Shown here one piece after another: positions 8,222-18,538 of a stretch of 64,000 bases of DNA. A model generated the notes under the pieces. It was not told where the DNA came from. It worked only from the letters and a program-made list of their open reading frames with translations, and made no database searches. A program made the translations under genes and the position numbers. The stretch covers positions 212,773 through 276,772 of IMG/VR virus record IMGVR_UViG_3300027710_000011, one strand, 5' to 3'. Positions within the stretch are counted from its first letter, which is position 1; each line of letters begins with the position of its first letter.

Positions 8222-10318
8222 TTAGCCTTGTTGAGCGTCGAGATCCGAGAGACGACGGCCGTTCACGTTCAACGTTGCCACGGTCTTCATGTTCGGACCG
8301 TACAGGTTGATTTCGGTGTGCCAGCTGTAACCATTGGCCTCGTCAGCCGCCGTGTAGTACGTACGCGGCACGACGGTGTAACGGTTGGTCAGGCGACCAC
8401 GGACGTTTTCGGAAATCCATTCATCGATGCGCTTGGCGAACTGTTCGTTCGACAGGTCAGCACGACCGGTGAACTGACGCCACGAAGCTTCGCCAACCTT
8501 CTGCAGTTCCACACAGGCCATGGCCGTGATGAAGCTGGTCAGGATCGAAGTGTCGTTGCTGTACACCGTCTTCAACGCAGGGAAGAACAGAGTTTCGCGG
8601 CCAGAGCTTTGCACCCAGTTCAAACCAGCATCCCAGTCCTTGTTGCGCACAGCGACCGAGGTGTAGCGAACGTTCACGTCAGTGAACATGTCCACTTCGT
8701 TCAGCGGAGCAACGTCGAACATGTTCTCGTTGTTCCACACGCCATTGCTGGCACCCCAAGCTGCAGCAGCACGGCGAGCCAACTGAGGAGTCAGAGGCAT
8801 GCGCTTGTTGTACTGCGAACCCAACATCTTGCCGTCGCGGCCGATGATGGCGGCACGCACCACTTGAGTGCCGTAGTATTCGGACTCAGGGTAGTTCTGA
8901 GCACGAGTGCGCAGAGCGATGGCGATCGAGTTCTCTTGCGATGCAGTAGCCGACGGCGAGTCGACATCGTGCACGGCCAGCACGCAGAACGTGTCCTTGC
9001 GCTGAGCAATGATCTTCAGCAGGTCGTACTTGGTTGCCAGCGGGAAGCCCGAGTCATAGACGATCGAAACGGGGTAACGCGCAGCGTCCAGCATGTCGCT
9101 GTTGGGATCTGCAAACTTCTGCATCCAAGCGCTCACCGAACGAGCAAAGGCCGCATTGTTCATGGTGCCGTCGGCGCCGCCGCGAGCGTAGGTTGTCGAT
9201 GCTTCGCTCAGGAGCGTCGCATTGCCACCGCTGGTTTGCAGTTGGAACGTCACGTAAGGAGCGCCAGTCGAGTCCTTGCCGGAAACCAGATTGAAGCGAT
9301 ACTGTTCATCAGCATCACCCTTCAGGTCGCACGAAGTCAGGGCCGAAGGCAGTTCAGCAGCAGTCACCAGATCCAAGATGGTCTTGACGTTGGCGTCGTA
9401 GGTGTGCATTTCACCGAACGGACCGTACTGCTTGGGCATGCCCTTGCTTTCCAGATCTTGGTAGTCCTGGATGAAACGGTCGCCGACATACATCAGCTTG
9501 CTGGTGTTGCGATCCAAGGAACCAGGCTTGAAGCTCAGATCCAAGTACTGCTCGCCGGCTTGGGTTTGCACCACGACGGGAGTGCTCAAGACATCGGCGC
9601 GTGTCACGCAAGCGATGCGGAACGGGTACAGCTTGGCTTGATCGATCAAGCGGCTGTCCAGAGGTGCATTGCCGTTGACAGTCGGAGCCCAGAGACGCAG
9701 GCCGACGTTGTTGCCGTCTGCACCTTCGCTCGGAACACGCAGATCCATGATCGGATAGCGAACCGACTGAGTCGAAGTCGTGGTGTCCACTTGGTCACCA
9801 ACGCCTTGAGAAGCAGTACCGAAAGTATCGGCTCCGTCGACGTCAGGAGTCACCTTGTCGGCAACCCACTTGACCTTGTAGCCTTGGACAGTTTTCGTAC
9901 CGTCCTTGACAGGCAAGCCGTCGACGTCCAGTTGGTACGAATTGTCAGGATTGCGCTTGTACACCGGCACTGCCGTTGCCAAGACATCCATGGACAGGCG
10001 GATTGTCGCTGCAGGACCTGCATCGTCAGGAACGATACGGACACACAGCTGGCTATTGCCTTGACTGTTGATGACGTTGTTCATCAACGAAGCATGGTTG
10101 AAGTACGACGACGTGGGGTCGAACGTAGCGTCACCATACAACGCGTTACGGCTGTTGCCTACGCAAAGCTGAGGATCGCGAGGACCCTTCTTGGCGTAGA
10201 AGAAAGACAACGGCAGGTGGGTGGGACGATCTTCAGGCACAGCGACGGGAGTGCGAAAGCTCTCGTCCTTGATGCCATTGTTGATCACTTTCGGTGCGGC
10301 GTTAACGATAGCGGACAT
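8222..10318 (-). CDS. Tail sheath protein (phiKZ gp29-like)
   Basis: 698 aa; N-terminal NAAPKVINNGIKDES and PTHLP; YDSGFPLATK and C-terminal GYSWHTEINLYG; strongly biased codon usage. Confidence 0.9.
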   Translation of the reverse strand: MSAIVNAAPKVINNGIKDESFRTPVAVPEDRPTHLPLSFFYAKKGPRDPQLCVGNSRNALYGDATFDPTSSYFNHASLMNNVINSQGNSQLCVRIVPDDAGPAATIRLSMDVLATAVPVYKRNPDNSYQLDVDGLPVKDGTKTVQGYKVKWVADKVTPDVDGADTFGTASQGVGDQVDTTTSTQSVRYPIMDLRVPSEGADGNNVGLRLWAPTVNGNAPLDSRLIDQAKLYPFRIACVTRADVLSTPVVVQTQAGEQYLDLSFKPGSLDRNTSKLMYVGDRFIQDYQDLESKGMPKQYGPFGEMHTYDANVKTILDLVTAAELPSALTSCDLKGDADEQYRFNLVSGKDSTGAPYVTFQLQTSGGNATLLSEASTTYARGGADGTMNNAAFARSVSAWMQKFADPNSDMLDAARYPVSIVYDSGFPLATKYDLLKIIAQRKDTFCVLAVHDVDSPSATASQENSIAIALRTRAQNYPESEYYGTQVVRAAIIGRDGKMLGSQYNKRMPLTPQLARRAAAAWGASNGVWNNENMFDVAPLNEVDMFTDVNVRYTSVAVRNKDWDAGLNWVQSSGRETLFFPALKTVYSNDTSILTSFITAMACVELQKVGEASWRQFTGRADLSNEQFAKRIDEWISENVRGRLTNRYTVVPRTYYTAADEANGYSWHTEINLYGPNMKTVATLNVNGRRLSDLDAQQG

Positions 10319-10494
10319 GTTGATTCCGTAAAAGAAAGGGTTTTGGATATACGTAAAGCAACAGATGGCACTTGCAAGCGGTTAACCGGTTGCCACGAAT
10401 CACAGTACGTACTTCAAGCTTTCTAAGTTCTCAAACTGCTTTGCGGGCAATAAGGAACTTTGTATTAGGCCTATTTAATTCATGCGTCTTTTTT

Positions 10495-10653
10495 GGAAGC
10501 CACTAGAACAAATAAGCGTTTAGGCGCGACAGCAATAGCTTGCCACACACAATCAGCTGATCAAACGCGATGGCCGCAGGTGATTGTTATGTGACAAGCT
10601 CTTGGAAAGTGGCTTAAGCCAGTGTCTTTGCAGACGCACTTATTGATGCTTCC
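10495..10653. ncRNA. Candidate structured RNA or long structured leader in the divergent intergenic region
   Basis: Nested inverted repeats GGAAGC/GCTTCC, AATAAG/CTTATT, CGTTT/AGACG and AGGCGC/GTGTCT enclose hairpin 10537-10600 and palindrome 10610-10621. Confidence 0.4.
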
Positions 10654-10798
10654 TTGAGTTTTAAGTACTCTTCAATGAGTGCATTCAGATAAGAGCTCTA
10701 TTTAAACTCTAGTCGAACCCCGTGAAAAAGGGCCCGTGTTCATATTAAATGCACAACGGCGCTCCATGGTAGCGGATGTCTTTTTTAAGGAACCCAAA

Positions 10799-11683
10799 AT
10801 GTCTGTGTTTCAAACCGCTTACCAGACCAGTGCTTGTGCTGGTACTGTCACAAGCAAACTCGTGGAAGCACTGATTCGTGCTCGTATTGAAAACTATATT
10901 CGAACCGAGCAAGGCTTCACCGATTTGTACCTGGTGCGCCGTGATCGCTACGTGGATGAGCTGGTGCCTTCGTTCCATCACCCGGTCGTCAGCGAAGCTT
11001 CTGGCGAGAAGTTTGTCTATGTGGACGTTCGTCCTTACGGCAAGCAAAGCGCCAGCACGCTTGATTTCGAAATCACGAATAAAGACGCTTACGACGCAGC
11101 GACTCTTCGTGGTCGTCTTCAGCAGATGTGGACAACTGGCGGTCAAGCAGCTCTGCGCGACATGCGTTTGCCAGCAATGGCATTCCCTGCCTGGATCTCC
11201 ATCAATCTCACCAAGCGTCTGAACTTCGGTCCTGCCGAGCAAGCCAAGATCTGCATCTTGGCAGGTATCTACTACCTCAGCTTGTTCAGCGATGAACCCG
11301 TTGACAAAGTGATCGTTGTCACTCAAGTGGCAAAGAACACCGGCATCAAGCCACAAGTGGTCGAGGAGGTCGTGGACCGCTATCCTTATATCGCGAACAT
11401 CAACGAGTTCTGCGAAGCAGCTAAGGAAGAAATTCAAAACGTTCGTCTGAACAATTTGAATACCGCCACGCTGTTCCCAATCATGGCCGGTACTTGGTAT
11501 GGTGCCAACTCCGCCGAGATCACTGCGGTTGCTTTGGAGCATCCGCCGACTTGGATCATGATGGTTTACCAAGCAGTCACTGCTCGGTCTTACTACCATT
11601 CGGCCCTGGCCAAAATGCTGGAGCAAAACCAGTACAAGCGCGAAGTTCGTCAATTCACCATCTCCTTGCGAGAAGGCGAGTAA
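10799..11683 (+). CDS. Virion structural protein (phiKZ gp28-like)
   Basis: Divergent from the sheath as in phiKZ-like phages; ALEHPPTW motif; start set at ATG 10799, which has an AAGGA RBS. Confidence 0.7.
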   Translation: MSVFQTAYQTSACAGTVTSKLVEALIRARIENYIRTEQGFTDLYLVRRDRYVDELVPSFHHPVVSEASGEKFVYVDVRPYGKQSASTLDFEITNKDAYDAATLRGRLQQMWTTGGQAALRDMRLPAMAFPAWISINLTKRLNFGPAEQAKICILAGIYYLSLFSDEPVDKVIVVTQVAKNTGIKPQVVEEVVDRYPYIANINEFCEAAKEEIQNVRLNNLNTATLFPIMAGTWYGANSAEITAVALEHPPTWIMMVYQAVTARSYYHSALAKMLEQNQYKREVRQFTISLREGE

Positions 11684-11724
11684 GAATTTCGAATCCCATC
11701 TAGTAGCTTTCTCGAAAGATAAAC

Positions 11725-14346
11725 ATGGCTCAACCCAGCAGCTACGACGTGATGGGTGGTTTCCTGCAGCAACATGCGTATAAGAACGTATGGTGCACGC
11801 CAAATCAAGACAAGCAAGCGATCTTCAAACCTGCTCGGTTGACTGACCTCAACGGAGCATGGATGGATTTCAGGGTGATGTGGACAAAACACAAACTCCC
11901 TGATCAACGCTCGCGCTTTCACATCTACCAAATCGGTCAGATTCATCCACTGTTGCTCGGCTTACAGCAAAGTTCAAAGAACGTTTGGATCTCGCTGGCC
12001 GACGCATGCATCGAGATGCAGATGATGGCTGATGTGTATACGGTTAAGGGTTATCAAATCCACCGTAGTCAGATCTGGTACAAGGTTACTCCCGAACGCG
12101 ATTTGATTCTCGCTATCCGAATTCCTGAGTACGATCGCATCCCAATCGATCTTGTTCAAGAAACGATCTACGTGCGTCTATACACGAATGCTTACTTCCA
12201 GAGCGCTCGTGCAAATTCGCAAGACAACATTGTGTACGTCAAAGGCATTCAAGCCGTCACGACTGCTGACATCATGGCGATTCAGCAAGTCTTGAACGTA
12301 TACAAAGCCAAAGAAGTTGGCACTACTCGCTGCTTTGTCAATGGCCTTCTCGTCGACACTATCGACTTGATCACAGCAAAGCCAGGCGATTACATGGAGT
12401 TCGTTTTTGACGGCTCTGTGAAGAAGATCATCACTTTCGATATTGGTTCTTTGCCGCAATTCGAAAGTACGCTGGACAACGTCTACAAATTCTTGCTTCA
12501 CTACGCTGGTGAAACAGACATCATCGACTACATGGACGATGTGGATTTGTTCCTAGTCAAGGAAGATGGACAGCGCTATAAAGGTCTGTACTACAACAAG
12601 AACAATCCCAAAGCCATGCGAATGGTTACGCACAAAGACTACGCAGTCCCAGTGCAGTTCTTGACAGCCTACGCTGAGGAAGGCAGTATCTTTGCCCCTC
12701 TGAATTCACTGAAGCTAGTTCTGCATGTTCGTAACTCAGGTTACGATCGTCCACTGGTGTACGAGGAAAATCGCGTCCGTGATCTCTACAAGCTAGATGA
12801 TGAAGATTTGCTCCAAGCGATGCTTGGCGTCAATGCGCTTGTGGACGTGTGGAAGGTGGAGAATCTTGAGAACTCCGCCTATATCGGACTGATGAGCAAG
12901 AACCTCGGTGCCATCACGGTTGACGATGTTCAGAACGCTTATGGTTACAACGCCATCAGTGTTTTGATTGCAGATACTCCTCAGCACACTCAGCTGGTAT
13001 CGACACTCCAGCGCGTTCAGCTTCCATCAGCTTTGGCGATGGACTGTACTGTTTACGAGTACGACGCCGATGGCTACATGGTCGGACACAGCGTTCACAA
13101 TTCTGGAACAAGCTACACGTGTGCAAACCCAACTACACGGTTGTGTGAAGCAATCAGTGGAGCGGCAGACATCGGTCTGAATTCGTTCTGGAATGTTCGC
13201 ACGCATTCGATTGATCCTGATCAGAACTACAGGTTCTACACCTGTGGTAAGATCGGCAACATCCTGGATAACGTGTGGGTGGATGTGACAGGCTCAGGCC
13301 AGTACACGATCATCAACAGCGTCGTGACGTGGGTGAATAATCCAGATACGACGTACACATTGGTGCGGCCAAGCAAGAAGCACATTTACTACGAGCTGGA
13401 TTACTTCGCAGTCGATGGCTTGATCACGTTCTCTCTTCGTGAATGGCGTGAAGACTTGCAAACCTTCCGCACCATGGCTGTTCCGATGGGCGAGCTGGAT
13501 CTCTTCTTGAACGGTAAGTCCTTGATTGAAGGCTTGGACTACATTGTTGACTTCCCACGCATCGTCGTCAACAATAAGGAATACCTGGTCAATCCGGATA
13601 CACAACCACAGAAGCTCGGGATTCGTTTCTCAAACTTCTGTAAGTCCGACATGACTCGTCCGAATGTCCCAGACATCGGCTTTGTTCAGTACGGTGTTTT
13701 GTCGTACAACAACAAGTACGATATTCGTCACGACAAGGTCAATCGTGTAAACATCCGGGGCGCTCTCTATCGTTGGGATGAATTGAACTACGGTGAGGAT
13801 GATTTTGACATCCACGTTGTGGACGTCATGAATGGTTCTCCGTATTCCATCCGCGACATCATTGTGCCGATGAACGATTATCTGCATCAAGCAGATGAGA
13901 AGATTGATCCAACGTTTGCTCTGCGCGCGAAGTCAATGGCGATTGATAAAGCCATCTCCGACTACATGACGCTGAAGATACCTGAAAAGAAACCTCAGCC
14001 TCCGAGTGCGATTCCAGCACTCTATCAAGTTGTGAGTCCGTTCTTCAATCGGATCGTCCACGACTTGAATAGCGGCGCTTTGTGGGATGCCAAGTTTATT
14101 GAACAGTACAGCGATGTGTTTGTTCGGGAAACTTGTCAGAGGTACGAGTATCTGTTGGCATGGGATCCTGTGACGGACAAGAACTTGCTTGACCCCAACT
14201 TCGTTGTGGTTCATCCGCACAACACGGATGGCTATATCGACATGGGCGTTTACCAGTACAAGTTCTTGACCCGCGTTGCGCTGATCTACGGCTCCAACCG
14301 TATTTCGCTGTCTGGCTCGATTCGCGTAAAGCAATTCGGTCAATAA
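11725..14346 (+). CDS. Virion structural/baseplate protein (phiKZ gp27-like)
   Basis: 873 aa; NVWCTPNQDKQ, RMVTHKDY and LFLNGKSLIEGLDY motifs; synteny. Confidence 0.75.
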   Translation: MAQPSSYDVMGGFLQQHAYKNVWCTPNQDKQAIFKPARLTDLNGAWMDFRVMWTKHKLPDQRSRFHIYQIGQIHPLLLGLQQSSKNVWISLADACIEMQMMADVYTVKGYQIHRSQIWYKVTPERDLILAIRIPEYDRIPIDLVQETIYVRLYTNAYFQSARANSQDNIVYVKGIQAVTTADIMAIQQVLNVYKAKEVGTTRCFVNGLLVDTIDLITAKPGDYMEFVFDGSVKKIITFDIGSLPQFESTLDNVYKFLLHYAGETDIIDYMDDVDLFLVKEDGQRYKGLYYNKNNPKAMRMVTHKDYAVPVQFLTAYAEEGSIFAPLNSLKLVLHVRNSGYDRPLVYEENRVRDLYKLDDEDLLQAMLGVNALVDVWKVENLENSAYIGLMSKNLGAITVDDVQNAYGYNAISVLIADTPQHTQLVSTLQRVQLPSALAMDCTVYEYDADGYMVGHSVHNSGTSYTCANPTTRLCEAISGAADIGLNSFWNVRTHSIDPDQNYRFYTCGKIGNILDNVWVDVTGSGQYTIINSVVTWVNNPDTTYTLVRPSKKHIYYELDYFAVDGLITFSLREWREDLQTFRTMAVPMGELDLFLNGKSLIEGLDYIVDFPRIVVNNKEYLVNPDTQPQKLGIRFSNFCKSDMTRPNVPDIGFVQYGVLSYNNKYDIRHDKVNRVNIRGALYRWDELNYGEDDFDIHVVDVMNGSPYSIRDIIVPMNDYLHQADEKIDPTFALRAKSMAIDKAISDYMTLKIPEKKPQPPSAIPALYQVVSPFFNRIVHDLNSGALWDAKFIEQYSDVFVRETCQRYEYLLAWDPVTDKNLLDPNFVVVHPHNTDGYIDMGVYQYKFLTRVALIYGSNRISLSGSIRVKQFGQ

Positions 14347-14393
14347 CTTAAAAGGGCTCGAGTGGGCAACCGCTCGAGTATTCGGAGCCCTAA

Positions 14394-16100
14394 ATGGCAA
14401 ATGATCCAATCATCTCAACATCAGGCATTACTGGGTCTGACGGCATCACGCCGATCTACGATCCAGATGGTCGCTTTCAAATCTGGAACAAAAACGAAAT
14501 CTTCATGGGCCCAACAGCTCCTGGCGATAAGCGGTACGTTCCAAAGATCGATGACATGGTTGTCGAACTGGTCCCTTTGACCTGGTACCGCGTGACCAAT
14601 ATCGATCTTGCTACATTGATCCCGACTCTGGACGAGCTGGAAACCGTAGCATCCGGCGGTGATCCTACCGACAAGGATCTGCTCCTCGGTCCTGGACCTG
14701 GTACGCCCAGCGATACGTATCGCGTGTATTTGGACACATCCGTTGTTCCGCACGCAATCCGTGTCGATGCTCGTTGCTACATTCGTGGTAGCGAGAATAT
14801 GTACGCACGTCTGTTCTTGGGTTCGGATATCTCCAGCGAAGCCAACATCATCAGTTTGCAGTACGACAGTGCTGGTAACATCATCGGGAACAAAATCCCG
14901 CTGGAGTTGGCTGAGATCAACAACACGACGAACATCGCTACCAAAGTCATGCCGACCGCATACACCATGCGGGAGATCCAAGATGATGAGCGTGTTACGT
15001 TTGTGTCGTACTCGGCAGACAATCGCATCACTTCCAAGCGTCAGTTGATCTTGGAAAACTCGGCATTCATTGCCAGTGCGAACATCTCTACCAAGTACAT
15101 CGTTGGCATCTCGCTGAAGTGCCCGTTCTTGTCGGCTGCCGATCCGCATCGCATCGATTTGCCGCAGAACGTGCTGCTCACCGGTTTGAACATGATCGGT
15201 GTGGTGACGTATTCGGATGGCTCAACAAACGAGCTGCCTGTGGACGGTACCAAGTTCAAGATGCTGGGTATGGAGTCGTACCTGACAACCATCGTCGGCC
15301 ATCAAGCTGGTATTGTGTTGCGTTACCAGTTGTCTGCCAACGAAATCTCGTACGGCAACCAAGTGGGTGCAGTTCCGTTCATCTCGCAAGAGTACAAGAT
15401 CGTGACTGCTCAGGAAGACAACGCATACAGCGTCAAGCTGTTCGGTTACCCAGTGTGGCAGAATTCCGTCGCAGGCTACACCTTGCGCTGGTTCCTGTAC
15501 AACGCGCTGCGTAACGTTGTTTACGACGTCACCAATTCGATTCAGCACAGCCCCGCCGCTGCTCCGTTCCAACCTAAGCTCTACGGTGCCCTGCAGACCG
15601 TCGTGGTTAGTGTGAACCTGCAAGACGTCAATGGTTCGTATCGCAACTACCGCCATGCTCAAACCCAGCAGTTGATTCTCTGGGGTGAAGGTACGATGCG
15701 TACAACCAACTGGACGATTCTGTTCGATCAGAATCAGAACCCGGTGTACGGTTTGAATCTGCACGCCGACCTGACGTTTGTGAACTACAACTACTACAAG
15801 TTGAAGTTCGGCACTGGTGCTCAAACCAAGGCGGAATGGCTCAAGCGTTTGTACTACGACTCCAAGCCAATCATCGACCAGTTCAAAGAGCAGACGCCGC
15901 CGGCGCCTACTCACTTCCGGTTGCGGGTTGGTACGCAGGACTACGAGTACAGCGTGGACGCATGGAACGACGAGATCATCGTGGGCAACGGTCTGAACGA
16001 CAACGACACCTTGATCATCTACTTCATCAGCAAGAACCAATCGACGGATCTTCAATTGTCCGTGGCTGGCTTGCCGGTGTATCAGGTAACAGGAAACTGA
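14394..16100 (+). CDS. Virion structural/baseplate protein (phiKZ gp26-like)
   Basis: 568 aa, beta-rich, with an Ig-like GVVTYSDGS segment; synteny. Confidence 0.7.
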   Translation: MANDPIISTSGITGSDGITPIYDPDGRFQIWNKNEIFMGPTAPGDKRYVPKIDDMVVELVPLTWYRVTNIDLATLIPTLDELETVASGGDPTDKDLLLGPGPGTPSDTYRVYLDTSVVPHAIRVDARCYIRGSENMYARLFLGSDISSEANIISLQYDSAGNIIGNKIPLELAEINNTTNIATKVMPTAYTMREIQDDERVTFVSYSADNRITSKRQLILENSAFIASANISTKYIVGISLKCPFLSAADPHRIDLPQNVLLTGLNMIGVVTYSDGSTNELPVDGTKFKMLGMESYLTTIVGHQAGIVLRYQLSANEISYGNQVGAVPFISQEYKIVTAQEDNAYSVKLFGYPVWQNSVAGYTLRWFLYNALRNVVYDVTNSIQHSPAAAPFQPKLYGALQTVVVSVNLQDVNGSYRNYRHAQTQQLILWGEGTMRTTNWTILFDQNQNPVYGLNLHADLTFVNYNYYKLKFGTGAQTKAEWLKRLYYDSKPIIDQFKEQTPPAPTHFRLRVGTQDYEYSVDAWNDEIIVGNGLNDNDTLIIYFISKNQSTDLQLSVAGLPVYQVTGN

Positions 16101-16109
16101 TGTCTGAAA

Positions 16110-16200
16110 ATAAAAGGAGAGGGAAACCTCTCCTTTTATGCTGTTTCAAACAAAAAAGAAAAGAGAGCATAAACGGAGGCCTGATGGCCTCCGTTTATTT
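16110..16200. terminator. Back-to-back hairpin terminators at a convergent junction
   Basis: 16110-16140 AAAAGGAGAGG-GAAA-CCTCTCCTTTTATG (plus strand). 16167-16199 GCATAAACGGAGGCC-TGAT-GGCCTCCGTTTAT, which ends TTTATGC on the minus strand. Confidence 0.8.
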
Positions 16201-16202
16201 CA

Positions 16203-16697
16203 TCAGTCTTCGATCAGATCCCAGGGAATATTGTCAGCCAGCTTCGTGACACCTTGACGTAGGTCCTTCAAAGCTGTTCTGAGCGTCTTGTTACGGACCT
16301 CAAGCTGCTCTACCTCAGAGAGGTTATTGTTACTCTTGAACTTGGCTTCAGCGACGTCATAGTCTTCGTCAGTGACGTAACGTTGCAATTCACCGAAGCC
16401 ACCCAATGAGTAACCGATGAGTTGAGCAAACTGGACTTGATCGTGACGGCTGTAATTCGACCTCGCGATATGGTTCAAATCGAACCCTAGTGGTGTTGCG
16501 AACTCCAACATATCGTCTACGATTTTGTTAGGACGGAAACGAACCACACCAGTCTCGTCTAAATAAAGATCCTGCACGGGATGAGGTCGTGAGAATGACT
16601 GCACTGGAGTGATGGGTGTAATTTCCGTAACTTGAACTTCCGGCTGGGGTTCTGACGCCGGAGGTTTTTGCATAGTGGCCAGGATGAATTTATTCAT
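16203..16697 (-). CDS. Conserved phage hypothetical protein
   Basis: HPVQ...GVVRFRPNKIV...QFAQLIGYSLGGFGEL motif and a coiled-coil C-terminus; ATG at 16697 overlaps the upstream TGA (ATGA). Confidence 0.7.
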   Translation of the reverse strand: MNKFILATMQKPPASEPQPEVQVTEITPITPVQSFSRPHPVQDLYLDETGVVRFRPNKIVDDMLEFATPLGFDLNHIARSNYSRHDQVQFAQLIGYSLGGFGELQRYVTDEDYDVAEAKFKSNNNLSEVEQLEVRNKTLRTALKDLRQGVTKLADNIPWDLIED

Positions 16698-17161
16698 AGT
16701 TGAACCTGAATGACGACTTTGTTTTCGGTGTTCTTTTCTGCATAGTAGAAACAATGCAGATTGTTCACCTTGGTTTGCATGGCATAATACAAACCACTGT
16801 CGTCAGCAAATTGGTTTTGAATGTTTTCATTCAACCACGTCATGATCGCGGCAATCAAATCCATACAGCCCAGAGATTTGATAGTAGCAATCATGGAACG
16901 GCAGGAAGGAGAACGCAAACCTGCGTAACGGAAGTTGGGCGGCAACTCAGAAACCGTGAATACACGGAACTCCGCAACGATGGTTTGTTTTCCTTGCTGA
17001 AAGACGTAACGGTTGTACTTCCGACCGTTAACGCCGTCCAGATCTGGCTGGATAGACAGCGAGGTATTGGACGAAGTCACCGCCATTCTTCGAATGAAGT
17101 CGTAATACTTCATCTCCAACACAGAAGCGGTTTGTGGATTGATAATTGGAAACTGCGACAT
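16694..17161 (-). CDS. Hypothetical protein (155 aa)
   Basis: AAAGGA RBS; tiles within the operon. Confidence 0.7.
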   Translation of the reverse strand: MSQFPIINPQTASVLEMKYYDFIRRMAVTSSNTSLSIQPDLDGVNGRKYNRYVFQQGKQTIVAEFRVFTVSELPPNFRYAGLRSPSCRSMIATIKSLGCMDLIAAIMTWLNENIQNQFADDSGLYYAMQTKVNNLHCFYYAEKNTENKVVIQVQL

Positions 17162-17182
17162 GAACGATCCTTTTTCTATTCA

Positions 17183-17851
17183 TTAACTGACTACAGCACC
17201 GCGGGCTTCTTCCAGAATCTGTTCAGAACACCCGCCTTCAACAGTGGGCTTCATCAGAATCTGCATCGTGACATTGAAGTCATCAGAGCCTTCTATCTTT
17301 GGAAAGTACCTGCAGGCCTTAAAGTAACCTTGCTTGATGTCGTTCAAGTGAAGATAGTTTTGAGCGTTATCTTGCTCACCACTTGCTTCACTCAGACTAC
17401 TCAGATATCTGAACGTTTCTGTGCGAACTGAATCAAACGGCAAGACTCTCAGCACGCTGGTTGTCAAAGGAGATACTGTTTTGGAAACGTTTTCGTATTT
17501 CAACTCAGCAAATTCCTTCTGCATGCTGTTGAATCCGCCGCTAGCGTTTCTACAAAGCTGAGCCAGTAGAAACACTTCACCATTTAACGGATTGCAAATG
17601 GTGAACTGAATGACCAGCACATCTTCTTCAACCGTAAAGCTCGTGATGCATTTTGCACCAGTGATGCCGTACATGGTCCAACTGACAAAACTGAAGAAAG
17701 CAAGGATGGCCTTAGAAATCCGATCATCCATTTTGAGCATCTCTACATCGCTCATTATCTCTTCAAGTTCGATCCGGTGGAGTTTGGAGTGGTAGATGTG
17801 GTTAATCAGTAGCACGACGTCTTCCTCGTTTGAGCCTGTATGCCAAGACAT
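17183..17851 (-). CDS. Hypothetical protein (222 aa)
   Basis: Tiles within the operon; start uncertain (50-bp overlap with the upstream gene). Confidence 0.6.
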   Translation of the reverse strand: MSWHTGSNEEDVVLLINHIYHSKLHRIELEEIMSDVEMLKMDDRISKAILAFFSFVSWTMYGITGAKCITSFTVEEDVLVIQFTICNPLNGEVFLLAQLCRNASGGFNSMQKEFAELKYENVSKTVSPLTTSVLRVLPFDSVRTETFRYLSSLSEASGEQDNAQNYLHLNDIKQGYFKACRYFPKIEGSDDFNVTMQILMKPTVEGGCSEQILEEARGAVVS

Positions 17852-18437
17852 AGGTCAGCATTTCAGTACCATTCGCTTTCGAAGCGCGGTAGTTGATAGT
17901 AAAACCATACCTATCATTACTCAGGATCTTGTATTTTGGATTCTTATCCTTGAGCAAGACAGATGCGCCGGTAATCAGCTGTTCTATCAAAGAGTAGCTT
18001 TGCAGGTTCTTGGATATCCCGCATTCAGCATATATGTTATCCAGAGCGTTAAGACAATCCTGCCGAGTATCTATCTTCGCTTCTTCAAGCGACTCATCCA
18101 TAGAGCCGTGAAGTTGGACGACAGAGATGTTTACGTATTGGGTAAACCCACAATCTAGTTCGATCTCTCGCGGGAACTTCACCTCGAGGATGTCACCGAT
18201 GAACGTGGTGTTGTGAATGAAACGCCGATGGTGAGGACAATCCAGCTTTCTATCCGCAATCAATTGGAATGACCTGTCGCGAATCCGCCGAAAGATGTCT
18301 GCCTCGTAGCCTTCGTACATCGTATCCAGTGTTGCAATCTTTATTTCAGGAAACGCGTTGATCGCTTTATCGATCCGAACACGCTGATGCGTGTAAGGAT
18401 TGTCCCTGACATTTGTTAGTTCGAAGTCCACCCGCAT
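17802..18437 (-). CDS. Hypothetical protein (211 aa)
   Basis: AG-rich upstream sequence; tiles within the operon. Confidence 0.65.
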   Translation of the reverse strand: MRVDFELTNVRDNPYTHQRVRIDKAINAFPEIKIATLDTMYEGYEADIFRRIRDRSFQLIADRKLDCPHHRRFIHNTTFIGDILEVKFPREIELDCGFTQYVNISVVQLHGSMDESLEEAKIDTRQDCLNALDNIYAECGISKNLQSYSLIEQLITGASVLLKDKNPKYKILSNDRYGFTINYRASKANGTEMLTYVLAYRLKRGRRRATD

Positions 18438-18474
18438 TCCTTTCTTTTTATTGAGTCAAAAAATAAAAGTACGC

Positions 18475-18508
18475 AAAAGTAGAGATGGAGGTGACCCCCA
18501 TCTCTACT
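18475..18508 (-). terminator. Intrinsic terminator
   Basis: AGTAGAGATGG...CCATCTCTACT stem followed by a T run on the minus strand. Confidence 0.7.
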
Positions 18509-18538
18509 CTACGTTACAACACCGGCAAAGCCGTTGAC

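Noticed and set aside
8180-10426. 748-aa plus-strand ORF antisense to the sheath gene (likewise 7322..8170 opposite the tube)
   Set aside because: It is a codon-register mirror of a strongly biased gene that avoids TTA/CTA/TCA; it has no RBS or protein-like motifs.
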